Both the position numbers and the translations under genes were made by a program. A DNA stretch of 64,000 nucleotides, taken from Planctomycetota bacterium. Lineage in GTDB: Bacteria > Planctomycetota > UBA8742 > UBA2392. The stretch covers positions 1,606 through 65,605 of the forward strand of contig JAJVIO010000036.1 in assembly GCA_022071975.1 (NCBI GenBank), in the 5' to 3' direction. This document shows, one piece after another, positions 48,001-55,000 of the stretch. Positions within the stretch are counted from its first letter, which is position 1. Each line of letters starts with the position of its first letter. Below the pieces are notes generated by a model, which was given only the letters and a program-made list of their open reading frames with translations, was not told the origin of the DNA and ran no database searches.

Positions 48001-48825
48001 GTACACCCAGATCCCCCAGCCCGATGCGAAAAGTCCACCAATGACGGCGTCCAGGTCACCATCGCCGTCGAAGTCTGCAAGTCGGGCGTCGTCGGTAGAG
48101 CCAGTGGCTGAACCAGGCAGGTTTGAACCGGTCAACGTCCCGGTGCCATCGTTGATGAATATCCACCGGTTCTGCGTGGAATCGCTCGCCAGCACATCCA
48201 GGTCGCCGTCGTTGTCCACATCGCCCAGGTCCAGACCGTAGGTGAGACCGTTGGCCGCACCAAACTGGATCACAGAGCCAGTCCACAGGAAGTTGCCGAA
48301 ACCGTCGTTCAGCATTACGGCGTTAGCCGCGCCTGCCGATCCCAATACGATGTCGATGTGGCCGTCACCGTTCATGTCGCCGGTGCGCGCAATTTCTGAG
48401 TTGTAGAAGCCGAGATCCTGGCTGAAGGCACTGAAGTCGCGCGGACCCCAGCCGGCTTCTCCCCTGACCCGATACACGTAGGGAGACGCAAGAGGCTGGC
48501 CGCCGGTGCTCTGAAGGCTTGTCGTCAGAGTCACGAAAACCTCTTCGTTGGGTGTCAAGTCCACGTCGGGGTTGAATATCAGGCTCGAACTTCCACCTCC
48601 GGAGTATCCACCCGTACGTGTTCCCCGCTGACGTCCTCGCACCACAAAGTCCGCAGAGCTTGCCCCCTGCATATTCGTCGAAAACGTGGCCGACAGATTT
48701 GCGTTACGCGGGACGCTCTCATCGTTTGGGGAAGGATTCGTCGTCACCACAGACTGCGCCGTAAGCACAGGCAAGCAGACGCAAAGACCAAGCAGTCCGA
48801 CAAGCAACGGAAGGGATCGAGCCAT
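30013..48825 (-). CDS. Giant (6270 aa) secreted FG-GAP/VCBS-repeat protein with Ig-like (SbsA/Big_5-like) modules, a beta-helix-like central region, C-terminal PKD-like domains and a Gly-Cys/TM/basic C-terminal sorting-type signal
   Basis: A single uninterrupted 18,813-nt frame. ATG 48825 is preceded by AAGGAG and encodes signal peptide MARSLPLLVGLLGLCVCLPVLTAQS. There are dozens of DxDGDGDLD calcium-loop/FG-GAP units and about nine F-x-P-x(5-7)-GE-x(3)-V Ig-like modules. The tail reads GGCALSSGSASVWWLLGLLVLLCVTLRLRAK. Confidence 0.9.
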   Translation of the reverse strand: MARSLPLLVGLLGLCVCLPVLTAQSVVTTNPSPNDESVPRNANLSATFSTNMQGASSADFVVRGRQRGTRTGGYSGGGSSSLIFNPDVDLTPNEEVFVTLTTSLQSTGGQPLASPYVYRVRGEAGWGPRDFSAFSQDLGFYNSEIARTGDMNGDGHIDIVLGSAGAANAVMLNDGFGNFLWTGSVIQFGAANGLTYGLDLGDVDNDGDLDVLASDSTQNRWIFINDGTGTLTGSNLPGSATGSTDDARLADFDGDGDLDAVIGGLFASGWGIWVYLNQGGGTFGNPTVYGSRNQFGLDVGDMDNDGDLDVATGWDFFFNDGTGSFPTIVGTGNANTGSDCHLADVDGDGDLDYVVAGGSGTFMTQVWKNNGSGNFTLFQSIGTTEDYSVGLGDIDGDGDLDMVRPRYSNSLDAQVFLNNGGGTFSYFADIPGTASNGVKSIAMADFDYDYDVDLVLARQATGNNCFVHLNTAGDPEVLLQNGPLAEPATIDSVAGSAAYTSVFDFQLQDQGSTAGQSTRLGRVVFHASGSADADDHQWRLVPQGYSSVPGTVGGAAGNRTITFDMNVNIANGGSLTFTLQVQLAVNPAGTADNEAFQLSLSTSDIKLFGGSQFQAGQPALNPAPLQYEVNATTLLVSSQPPATVAIGSGFPVAARYADSLGNTDLDVNGDVLTATRSDAGAVSAGQSSGAVQGVAIFAGANLVVLGAPPATGIHLVLTDDTGGSVDISGAPVNTSSFNVQDLPRLVGVTPAPNSFTAPTSSSISGAFDRNMNAPSTSTMRVQTAGRGVLSGTYSGGGSSSLVFTPGASLLAGEQLEVSFTAGLQSSGGQSLSNPTVARFRAAAGVGPAEFRKAVQNISVGTTCTLAMLADMDGDGDLDLLASTSAGQLETYENIGGTLNTTGVAYGATFAYTRRGCIGDFDLDGDVDVLLQVGTQMVIYSNNGSGVFTAGAQFGTTYGSAPIRTGDLDADGDLDILLNVASGVALYFNDGSGNFPGTGAINTGFGQDFEVGDIDGDGDLDVVFAVNGTNTLWFNNGAGNFTVSGTWGSSGNTQQIALGDADGDGDIDIVASNGASTDELWLNDGWGSFASGGSFGSASGLSSWLDFADFDGDGDLDVIDTRDAGTYANYIYLNDGSGDFSWAGAQLQLDTVSYATWNGAAGDLDGDGDIDFVTANGNNGLISQLNHYTRIDVVESPAAHMRNAARTTDIQAQFWNTATGGSAGTFVPRGSLRGKLAGSYSGNGSATLVFDPAADLLPGESVEVTLTSGISVGGSAVPYPFVWQFRAAAGSGPGYFAANSLSATPGGDGRGIAVGDLDADGDMDIVVAHGSNAVYLLINDGANTFTTTQLPHSGTHYDVVLFDRDNDGDLDLATINTSGLVQVWTNIGGVFSATTSLSGGNRGLRSGDMNGDGWADLVTGRYVFLNNGSGGFSNGASVQYKATGNLGAVAVSDVDKDGDLDIAGFDNSGNGYLYLNDWNGTFGQVQTLASASGTWWVEFGDMDGDGDEDLVAGGPTAGARVYRNNGGQLSTYTVISGTGSSTRQLTLADVDGDGDLDVAFSVSNSSNRLFLNNGAASFTAGTSFGPASQQAYGITAADFDGDGDLDLVTACTNGQGRIYFNNNPGQASVTASSPAQEAASGARNLNPTVVFSRDMGSASNSSVPGYSPFSGRLGGNYFTSGPNVSLNPNGIFANEEISLVVTTALQDAGGNALTSPWVLHYRTASYGLGDASFASPSNLGGATASTSCIAFGDVDLDGDLDAVVGCYGSANFLYYNDGSGSFGSPVQIGPGNDNTRALAMADINRDGRVDIIVGNDGQSVVYLNAVSNPFTSTINLGSAGSTAGVAVGDLDGNGSLDIVLADDGGQNRWFPNNWGTLNSPENFGSGSDASRAVTLADLDLDGDLDLLVANYNAANEYYLNNSGTLSAALSFSSSNPATRAVACADLNGDRFPDVAFGNDGQSEVFLNLSGTGFGSANAIGGAATNTAAVVLGDFDGDGSLDIAEGVEGGQDAVYLNNGNGSFGSAKDFGGATTATRGLAAVDLDGDDMLELVAGTWQQQDLIFSNDFVPSLDSDATLSASSALTEPTQIDSFSGALAWVNVLDFSIADGGTADGYPTVINQVVINESGSAQLDWADWRLNGPGVTNAGGVVIGNTVRFYGLTFSVDDGTSATFTVSMKLRSNIAMTDHAVWELSLDESDLTTVYPSTTFTAGTTVDNGNGLELLVAATQLRMLANPPIQVTAGFPFDVSVHYTDAWGNRDLDVSDTVTFVRSDGGTVSSTASTAAAAGVASFSSSGGNAVVLLGSAAGITLDFSDDAAGVTASAISSAVFDLVIGVEWTGATSTDWQDASNWNNATVPSSSSSITIPATATNMPQLSANGSCGDIRIEAGASLNLGSFQLSLYRSLIVEGTLIPGTGKLRMLSGSALISSSTVDLANLEVNNVVQLLADVTLVGNITGNGTINGQGSQIRFTGTAAQTSSSFVGLNTHLRNSNTSAVVTIARSLAFTKDYLLTVDTGAVLELTGGSVYFNYDTPTSTSPLSNSGLLVFSSSTVVDSADVDLGDVEVAAGGSLTLRDGWGSVNTGSLEIKFTASPLSYGSVSLGADSDFSGTTLTNNGWIRFTGFGTFDLVPPATGNIGNLELAPTGGTSSVTVTAALLARSLSIGGGPTTSSILSGTVTLTGDLMGTQPGSFTGAVIMAGSGTQTIGGPATGFTIDTMRVSAGAYVVLDGRLNLTSVQSGAGRALTVEAGGILELAPSSILELGQTAGVAEVRVEGELHTNAVAAQAVPLTRSTSVADRFVFIFAPTSELVLNGWRLNGLGDSSLPYGLSFESGATITRLDGLVIDDCEAATAMMRFDAINAAAAFSGMRISAAGGGNIDAANYAGASISLYSSSSGTGTRFGAAYENDPANRLDWFEVPYLVQGAPARGSWSAGANSDIGGDFSRPMAAPAAGEFMLHGSQSGRLSGTLSGAGTASLRLQPAANLFPGEELEVRFGQSMQDSAGVAMARSYVYRFNTSSVGGTGNFSPTADLTAAAGTSRGVVLGDLDRDGDLDIVNLKDWWGVAGPLRPSTYVNDGYGRFTWWHDVNLGDARNGVLADLNGDGWLDIAVIAVNRIRVVFNDGSGRLDQNPIDIGPATTGDDLQAGDFNADGYPDLVATFSSGSQNLVLLNDGTGAFPNTVQLGNSNARDIAIGDVDNDDDLDVITGEKLHLNDGSAAFVTANWITGYNYNPALADFDGDGDLDIATATYSGQDALYLNDGAGTFTAGANLGSAGFNSRHTLAGDLNGDGLPDVIVYSNNAGRVFLNQGNGAMSAAVSLNTGININELVLGDVDGDGDVDAVAAYTSGVPKLFFNDGLAPQSPLLTSSTPGQHAENASVAGNLSAVFDNPVGTPGTGGFRVHGGFTGWRTAGLSTPTADTMLLDPAINFRPGEQLLAVIPKGLGPTGRSSDRGWEWSFHASPTANTPDFSQTSVVLGAGTEDARAVAVGDFDLDGDLDVAVAISGAQNQLFYNNGAGAFPNSVSIGNTTDDTRALIAFDIDGDGDLDLVEGNYGQPNNIYTNSGGTFSLAASFGAANDNTTGLAYADFDLDGDLDFAEANDGQQNRIYLNDGSGGFPTQLSIGGATTNTQFVTVGDVDGDYRPDVLFGNDGQDSPVFVHDAKGVLVEGFTLTAALYWGLLYDHNGDGDLDLWVRHAYGTTLYEADGTGGFPSQSSGGSTVSGVFQGDVNGDGRLDWGVFRNGVNSISAGDNSPTPFTSQAWGPSATPFNTVGAAVADFNGDGKVDIIEITSSGEPTTIYFNQQPGAYPQATTPSNLSITVPGVQPKILFSQTMNQADSSKWPVYSSLRGKLAGTYGISSNLRELSFTPSSPLLPGERLDLSATTQLTRVGGTPVTRPVVWTLTVRTSPAVPDMNTLFSNIGGAAWATWAVAAADFDLDGDIDVALATDSTGDTVVFFNDGTGAFLASTTVSSGMNSRALCAADMDGDGDMDLVEGNFGQPNYVYLNTAGGFSAGLPFGTGTDNTAALAVGDIDGDGHLDVFAGNDGQQDTAYFGSGTGGFGASQNFGGPATATRAVAMMNPYTGSQQELPAIFVGDYGGQNVAWFPGATGYSAKLFGTGSDHTVGLALADVDGDQAVDVLVVNGNGEADTICLEGYPHYQAPQALNNAADSFAGLFADFDGDDRWDALVGRDAGNGSQLFEGDGQAGFSLHQAFANTSACSSLAAADFDGDGDLDLLLGTLGQTTVRLNGGTAPQLQSTDPALYERSASTAATITANFDRAMAAPTAGQMPVLGLRTGNVTGTRGAATNSVSFTPGANLPAGEMYQVLLASTLQDATGARFGGGYTWRFTTATAGSSGSFHGGKTVVGLPMTSTDLAVADLDGDGDLDILTYEGSVGGHLFLNQGSGTFTPGPQVSTGFRRVSNRVLLADLDGDGDLDLLPYASGGTTLLNSGTGAFSPGTSLPNGWALEVADLDNDGDVDLVWNNGATTPKIELLENDGAGNFSSIGLLQPPQGLAISSVFCEDFNQDGKLDLLAGTSLYVNDGGLRFVFSQSLGSGAIQVIADLDADNDLDVISGNIVNLFSGGVFTSGAYTNPFSASHEFCGSGDIDGDGDHDLLFHTSGGGYYFQRNDGGMSFTQLADLPGLSGVTTTGRLADFDGNGTLDFAAAAYNGAVHVVWQGDGPLVTGVQPPNGGVGAGAAAPAVTFDRAINTATAGANAMYAHGSLTGRRAGSLSFNAGNDEMTFTPTAALRPGETIELDVPAGLLDASGNPLARSYSWSFRVTPAAASGVFISSAAFGGADPTRCVAAGDIDGDGDIDVVSANFNAQDYLYLNNGAGTFTPVAFGSAATASVCLALGDVDGDGDLDVAVGRSGQPGELFMNVAGTLVSAVSLPADLLGAVFADLTGDGLPDLVTTAGMMVNTGGSLGALQAWQLGGTVTGTAEAVTAADLNNDGSIDVALGWSGGNPAVRLLYNYNAALIHTYTIAAPSDVLDLEAADLDADGAVEVAAVLSGALVRIYGLGSQSLVGTPTDAGVSGENYTDLEIQDIDGDGDFDLLVSGQTSRVLRQGTTGAFAPAATLSPGDAESLCTADLDGDDRIDVVLARDGTPSAVFFNSAPSSGVNDAVITVQGTPLATIDSVAGAAGSTAVMTFRVEDLGAGDSLSTDIVDLTVLLSGSGDASEHVWSLAGAGLSPVQGTFAAVPTPRLLFNGVGISITSGASADYTIYVVLASKPAGTADHDTFLLTVDANETVFGLGSRFTGSVDNGTLEYSVTASGLRFATQPSGASAGTPFSLQPVLHATDVAGNLDLDASGSVDAMATSVAPGPVAPLLGALSRPLVAGEASFIDLQINVPGLQYVIRVQAGPLQAESASFDVAGSIGIAQPPYFYSLRVNDPDNAYHSGEQVTFTANLGVSGLSVTADLSVIDSTFGNSVALTDNADGTYSLTTQVLSAGTLIEGVNLAIAVTASDGVRSSTKPLLVTIDDTAPVATLSLNRPVLSVPAGVLRISLAANELLYGQPLITISGVSGAANVTSAAMAGVSPTSGWSFDYTLPAGASGTGTISISQAEDVAGNAASVGGVQQFTVTGGAAGLLADAGPDIAIQLPQRVFLDASATSGATGFNWTQLSGPVTVTIVNSTAATPHVDLIKSGTYSFQLDVTDGTATATDIVCITLWNSAPEIEAGRDHNITYTDVVAQGAQFFTVLPLEATIFDANGDNLVVRWDLLSAPPAGNIVIASPDSTISMLEVQGSTIEPGVYVIGLRVQDPTGLRTDTWVGDTIRIVVTSSNVVPPSAHSGFQIVVAVGVASELSGHESADPDAANPMAPGLSYFWSLERRPPGSGAVLVDSTQKKPHLTPDVPGVYLLSLVVVDVDGHVSGRDYVRVIANQTQGANANTIPRGVANYGYTDTDGNGALNVNEPVQLSSTSSIDGENDPISFVWRQIGGPALVFLPDPNAGTHDVQFNAAGVYGFRLEVRDTIDEGIPAEVWVRVADSGTQPPSAVAAIDSADDPDGDSYVLVIPGVGVDNNASNPDVNLSAAGSSVDASLTAEYLWAQTRGPTVALVGANTANLSFTPLISRVYEFELTLRDSNGVTDKLVVVVAIDTWHATINPGGNAVPRVTSAPPQSATAGATVVLTGSATDPNTGQTLSYIWEQLTGAPVVLDLTSPLAPSFTAPVTGTYAFRLYVDDGYDISPGFDVLVTAQSGTPSPGGSGGGDGGDDGGCALSSGSASVWWLLGLLVLLCVTLRLRAKVVWMPGRSKFPTHREI

Positions 48826-48967
48826 TGTCCCTGCTCCTTTATGTATGGGGCCCGATTGTAGCTCGTGTTTCGCGGTCTTTCGTTCCGTATCTGATTTTTT
48901 ACACGCGTTGTCGCCTCGTCGAACACACACTTCGCGTCGTACTGTCGGAAACGCCTGGAGAAACTGA

Positions 48968-48992
48968 AACAGCCTGTCAAAGACCGGCTGTT
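48968..48992 (-). terminator. Weak hairpin downstream of the A2M gene (possible partial terminator)
   Basis: On the minus strand, AACAGCC-N11-GGCTGTT is followed by TCAGTTTCT. It lies in the 192-nt lower-GC spacer before the giant gene, which also contains TACAAT (48855-48860 as attgta). Confidence 0.3.
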
Positions 48993-49017
48993 CGCTCATC
49001 CGATTAACTTATGAGTC

Positions 49018-52000
49018 CTATTTCACGTCCAGCAGATTGCTGCCGCTGTGGCCGTTGCGGCTTTCGTCGTACATGTCGTAGGCGCGCGCCGGCAGGGCGG
49101 TGAACTTGCCGCCCGCCACCACCACGCAGTCGTAGCGGAAGGTGATGACGCCCCTGGCGTCCAGTTCCGTGGCGTAGAAGTTGGTGGTGGTGTCTCGCTC
49201 CTCCTTGGTCAGCCACAATAACTCACCCTGGGCCTCGATCAGGCCGGGCAGCGGCTCGAAGCGGCTGCTGATCGGCTCGAGGCAGCTGGGACGCGCATCC
49301 TCGATGCAGATGTAGCGATCGCCCGCCTTGCCCGTCACTTGGATGGTGACTGTAAGGACGTCGCCCACGTTCAGCTTATCGCCTGCCTTGAGCGTCGAGT
49401 ACTCGTGCTCCACCCGCGTCTCGGTGTAACGCCGCAGCACAGCACCGCGCTCGTTGCGCACTTCGACTTCGACCTGTTTCTCAACGGACATGCGGCGCCT
49501 GTAGACGCGAGTAACGCTGAGACCGTTTGACTTCTCCCCAACCGGCTCGCTGACAGGTATGAAGGCCCGCACCGTGACGCTTCCGCTGACCGCCGCGTTG
49601 CCGCTGCGGCTCAGCGTAAGCCCGGCCCCCGCCTGACCTTTCAGCAGGTCGCCGCCGATCTCCCAGCGTGTACGGCCGGACAGCAACTTGCCCTTCGTGC
49701 GCTCAAAGGTGCCGACCTGCGCAGCGCCAAGCCTGATGCTGACGCGTGCTTCGCCGGCCTCTTCCTGGTTCGATTGCAGGTAGGCCGCAAGCGCCTGCAC
49801 TGCCTGGCCGGTGGCACGGGTATTGCCCCAGCCGCCGCCCTGCTTGCGCTGCAGCAGGCTGTCCGCGGCGCGCTTGAGCATCGGCTCAGCGGGCGCGACC
49901 GTGGCGATGGCCTGGATCGCCAGAGCGTGCGCCTCGATGGGCGTGTCGTGCCAGCGGCAATCCGGGTTCGAGCCGGAGGGGAACTGCACGCCGCCGCGGC
50001 CGTCGTCCTCAGCCTGCGCCAGCAGCGCCTTCAGCACGAACTGGGCGTCGCGTTCGCGACCTGCGTGGTGCAGCGCAAGCAGCAGTGAAGCCAGGCCTGC
50101 GCTGCCGCCGGCACGCTCGGCGGCCTGGTTGCTGTCGTTGCCAAGGGTGGCCTGCGCGGCCAGCAGTTTCTCTTCCAGCAACTCGCGGGTCCTCTGGTAC
50201 GGGTCCGTGACGTCGCCCTGGGGGCGCGGCAGGCAGCTGATCGCCCAGGCCGCGGCGTGCAGGGCGCGAGCGCGCAGGGCCGGGTCGTCGCCGTTGTTCA
50301 GGCCCAGCAGGAACAGGGCGCCGCGCCGGAACATCTCGTCCATGGCGTCTTCGCTGGCGGGCAGGCTGAGGCCCACGCCGCCCGCGAGCTCACGGGCGCT
50401 GCACAACCCGGCGAGCACCGTGGCGCTGAGGTGCGGGTTGCTGCCGTCGTAGTTGAACCAGCCCCAGCCGCCGTCGCTGTTCTGGTAGCGGCGCAAGTTG
50501 CCGAAGCCGAGGTCCACCATCTTCTGCAGCTCAAGCGGGTTGCTGAGCTGCGCGGGCCAGCTGTCACCCCCAACGGCACCGTCGTAGCTGATGCGGGTCT
50601 TGCCGATTTCGTAGATGTCCAGCTTGTTGGCCTTCAGCAGTTGCAGCACCGAAAGCAGCGGCACGAACTTGTTTGTGGTCTGCTCGGCGCAGCCGTGCGG
50701 GTAGTTCACCAGGCCCGGCAGCGCGTCGATCACCGATGACAGCAGCGAGCCGTTGAACTGCAGGCTCACGCTGCTGCGCTCCAGCAGCGCGCCCCTGGGC
50801 AGCTCGGGCGTGATGCTGATGGTTTCCTTGCCCGGCTCGAATCGGAAGCTGGTGGTCGTGGTGACCGGCATACCGCGCGGATTCACCTCGTACTTCCATA
50901 CCAGGCTGTCCGCGTCGTCGTCGCTGGAGGCGCTGACCTTCAACGCCGCGCGGCCGAAGCCTTCCACTTTCACACGGAAACGCACTTCCTGGCTGCCACC
51001 GGGCGCAATGCTGCAGCTGGCCGGCGAGGGTGAGCTCAGCAGGCTGAGCTTCGCGCTGGGCTGGTTGACGTTCAGTTCGACTTCGCAGCTCACGGAGGCC
51101 GCGCGCTCACCCAGGTTCTGCACCAGGGCGCACAGCTCGATCTCGTCGCCCTCGGTCAGGCCCCGCGGGCCGACCATGCGCAGGCCCAGCTCGCGGGCGA
51201 CGGTGAAACTGCCGCTGGTCTGGCCCACTGCCGCGGCGCGGTCGGTGGCCGTGGCCTCGATGGTCCACTCGGTCAGGTTGTCGGGCAGCTTGAAGCTGAT
51301 CGTGGCGACGCCCTTGTCGTTGGTGCGGATCGACGGATTGAAGTAGGCGCTGTCCTGGAAGTCAGCACGTTCCGGTGGCGCGCTACCAGGTGCTCCGCCG
51401 CCGCCTCGTGCGCGCCGGTGAGCAAAGCCGCCCCTGCCGCCTCCTCCGGCGCCGCCCCCCAAACCCACCGACGAGTTTGGCCCGTAATAGGGCGACGGTG
51501 ACTCGTTGTCCGAGTCATTCGGCCACTCGTTGGCCTCCATCGAATCGCGGGCATCCTCCATGATCCTCAGGTCTTCATACAGTTCACCGGGATTCTCGAG
51601 CATCGCCAGCAGGCTGACCTGACGGGTGCTGGTCCAGCTTCTCGCGCCGTAGAAGAAGCTGCCCGGCGGCATGTCATTGATCTTCCAGCGCTTCACCTTC
51701 GCGTCGCTGCGGCGCGTGGGTTTCACCTTCGTGCGCGCGCCGAGGTTCACGTCCGAGGCAACGAAGCGGCTGGTGCCGGCGAAGAAGTGGTCATACAGGA
51801 TCGTGCGCTGCAGGGCGCTCTCGGCGAACTCCTTGAGCGCACTGTCAAACACGGACAGCGCAACCTCGGCGGGAACCGGCTTGCCCAGATGGCCGAAGGT
51901 GAAGATGTCCACGCTGGCCTGTTCGCCCGGCTTGTAGCGCTCTTTGTCGAAGCGCACCATGGTGTGGATCAGCTTCGTAACCGGGCGCACCTTCACGCCG

Positions 52001-55000
52001 TATCTGTCAGCGAGGAAGTCGCCGCCGCGCACCGCGCGCGCGCTGAGCTGCACATGTGGCGCGTTGCTCTCAGCCAGCGCCAGCTCATGGATGCCGGTGC
52101 CGGGCGCGCCTCGCAGCAGGCGGTGGTCGCTTTCGCGTCCGTCGGCATGCAGGCTGAGCAGCACGTCGCCGGCGCGCGGCTGGGTCAGCAGCACGCGGGC
52201 TGGGCCGGTCAGATCGTAGCTGTCGAACTCAGGCAGCACGGCGAACGGCGCGCGGTCGAAGTCGCCGCGGCCGATCATCAGTACGCTGTGTGTCAGCTCG
52301 AAGTACTCGTCCCCCGCTTCGCCTTCGATCTCGATGTAGTAACGGCCGGTTTCTCGCGGCATCTGCAGCAGCACGGAATCAAGCTGGCCGTGATCGTAGA
52401 AAGGCCGGTCATACAGGCGCTTGATGCTGGGATTGTTCCAGTCACCCGGTCGCAGCGAGGACTGGTCGGTGATGCGCCACACCGTGTAGCGCCCGCCTGC
52501 ATTCAGCCGACGGCCGGATGAGTCCAACACGCGCAGGCCCATGTTCACCTGGCTGCCGCTGAGCCAGTTTGCCTGCGACCATTCCACCTTCACGCTGATG
52601 CCGCTGCCGCTGAGTCGCGCGGTCGCCTGGGCGTGCACGGTCTGGCCGCCGGGGCCGGTGCCCTCCGCATTGATAGTCAGTGTAACCGCGCGGCCGTCGG
52701 CTTCGGCACTGATGCGCTGAGTATCCAGCGCGATCAGCAGTCGGCCTTCCAGGTTGGTGCGGCCGCTGCCCGCCGCGGGTTGCCAGCTCTTGCCGTCGGC
52801 CGAGCGCGCGTTGACGGTGTAGCGCACCTCGCCGCCCTGAACCGCGCCGCCCGCGAGGTACTTGAACAGCAATGGGATCTCGGCGTTGCTGCCGGGGATC
52901 AGCGCTTCCTTGGGCGCTTCGATTTCGAGGCGAATGTCCTTCTTAAAGTACTCGAGCACTTTGAGCTGAAAACTGGTGTCGCCGCCGATGCGCGGGCTGC
53001 TGACCAGCACATCGTAAGCGCCTAGCGGCGCGCCGAAGGGCACGTCGAACTGCGCGGTGGCACAGCCGAATTCATTCAGCACCACTTCAAAGCGGGCTTG
53101 CTCAATGCCGTCGTACAGCACGCGCAGCAGGGCGCGCTCGCCCTCAAGGCTGCCTTCTCCCATGGGCAGGCGCGTGATCAGGCGCAGCCAGGCCTTGTCG
53201 CCGGGGCGGTACACCGGGCGGTCGCTGTAGACGAAGGCGCGCAGGTCACGCACGGGCTCGGGCATCGGCTGGGGCAGCCAGGACGCCGGGGCCTCTATTC
53301 GTTTGGGGTCGTTTGCGTCGTTGACCAGGTACAGCACGCCGCCGACGTCCACGGTGGCCCAGAAGTTGCTGACCTGGTGGGGCGGCAGCTGCGTCTCGAA
53401 CAGGCCGTTGGCATTCGTGGCGCCCTTTACGTCATGCTGCACGAGCTGGCGCTCTTCGCGGAAGCGGGTGACCTGCTGCGTGCCTTTGGTCAGGTCGCGC
53501 TCGTCAACGGGCACGGTTTCCCGATAGGGCACGGAGACATACAGGTTTTCGTGGTAGCCGCCCCGGACAACGGCGTCGGCGATTGGCCGGCCGTCGCGTG
53601 TGGTAACCCAGAACTGCTCGGTCTCTGCCAGCCTGCGCCGCTGCACTGCCAGGTCGGCGATTTGTACCAGTTTACGCTCAAGAACCGGGCCGCCGGAAAC
53701 CTCCAGCAGGAACACGCCGGGCGTGCTGGTGTAGAGCGGCAGACCGTCGCGCCAGTGATAGAAATGCTTGCTGTCCGGGTTCAGCTTGAAGGACTGGTCC
53801 ATCACGCTGAGGCCCAGTGCCTGCTCGAAGCCGGGCAGCTTCTGGATTTCGGCCAGGTCGGCGTAGACGTGCCCGGCGTTGCCCGCCTTGGCCAGAACGC
53901 GCGCAAGATCAACCGGCCGCAAGCTGACGCGCACGCTGTCAACGTTTCGGGCGTACACGCTGATGGTCAGCACCTGGCCCGGAGCAACCAAAGCGTTCTC
54001 GGAGCCACCGGTGCTGAAACTGGTGAAGAGCTGCGGGAACTCAATCACCTGCACGAGCCTGCGGGCCTCACCAATGTAACGCGACTTGGGGTGGTCCTTC
54101 TCGAGCTGGTCGAACTCGCCGCGCGCGGCATCGAAATCATTCAGGTAGTAGGCAATGTAGCCCAGCAGGAAGCGGGCCTCGTCGTCCCAGATGCTGCCCG
54201 CATGCTCCTTCAGCAGTTTGCTCAGCAGCGGGCGCGGGTCGCGGGTGATGTCGGGCTCCGCTTTGGTCGGGTTGCGCCAGTCGGTCAGGCGCGCGTTCAG
54301 CGCGGCGTTGCCGTACAAGCCGACGTTTATCATCAGCACCGCGCGCCGGTACAGGATGGTGGCCTGCAAGGCCTTGTCTTTCAGGTCTTCAGCGCGGCGG
54401 CTCGCCGTCTCAATCAGCGCGTTGATCGTCGGCAGGCTGGGATAGTCGGGCTGCAGGTAGTAGCCGCGGCGGGTGAACGGCTCTTCCGCGGGCTGAGCCG
54501 CGACAGGGAAAGCCGGCTCTGGTTCCGCCTGCGGCTCTTCTTCAGGTGATTCCTCGACAGGCGATTCCGGCCGCCGCTGCTCGGCGATGCCTCCCACGCC
54601 GTAATCACTGCCGAAGAAATGCATCGCGTTGGTCGTGCGACCCTGCAGGCGGTCGTTCACCTCAAGCAGATCGCAATACTCGAGGGTGATCGCCACGTGG
54701 CGCTCGAGTTGCGGCTTCGCGCCGGGCTGCAGTTCCAGCAGCGTGCGGCTGGCTTCATGAGCTTCGTACAGCAGGCCACGCGCCAGCAAAAGGTCACGCG
54801 ACAGCGTGCTTACTTCGCGCCACCGCCACACTTCTTCTTCTTTCAGCAGCTCAGGGCGCAAAACGTAGTCGCGCGTTTTGCCGTCGGGCCCGACATGGTA
54901 GTCGTGGTCGCGCGAGGCGAAGTAGAGGCCCGCCATGCGAAAGGCGTCCACGCGCTTGCCGAGCTCCGAGATCCGCTGGATGAACCCGGTCATCCCGGCC

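Noticed and set aside
30013-48825. The giant ORF as an assembly artefact of collapsed or duplicated repeats, or as a pseudogene
   Set aside because: The repeat modules are clearly divergent in sequence. The frame is open for 18.8 kb in GC-rich DNA with consistent coding bias, and both the signal peptide and the C-terminal sorting-type tail are intact. Long-read confirmation is still desirable.
48826-48999. Upstream 58 codons of the listed 6328-aa ORF (MSEQPVFDRLF...)
   Set aside because: The region has lower GC and no coding-like third-position bias. An AAGGAG RBS and a textbook signal peptide begin at ATG 48825, so the giant gene most likely starts there.
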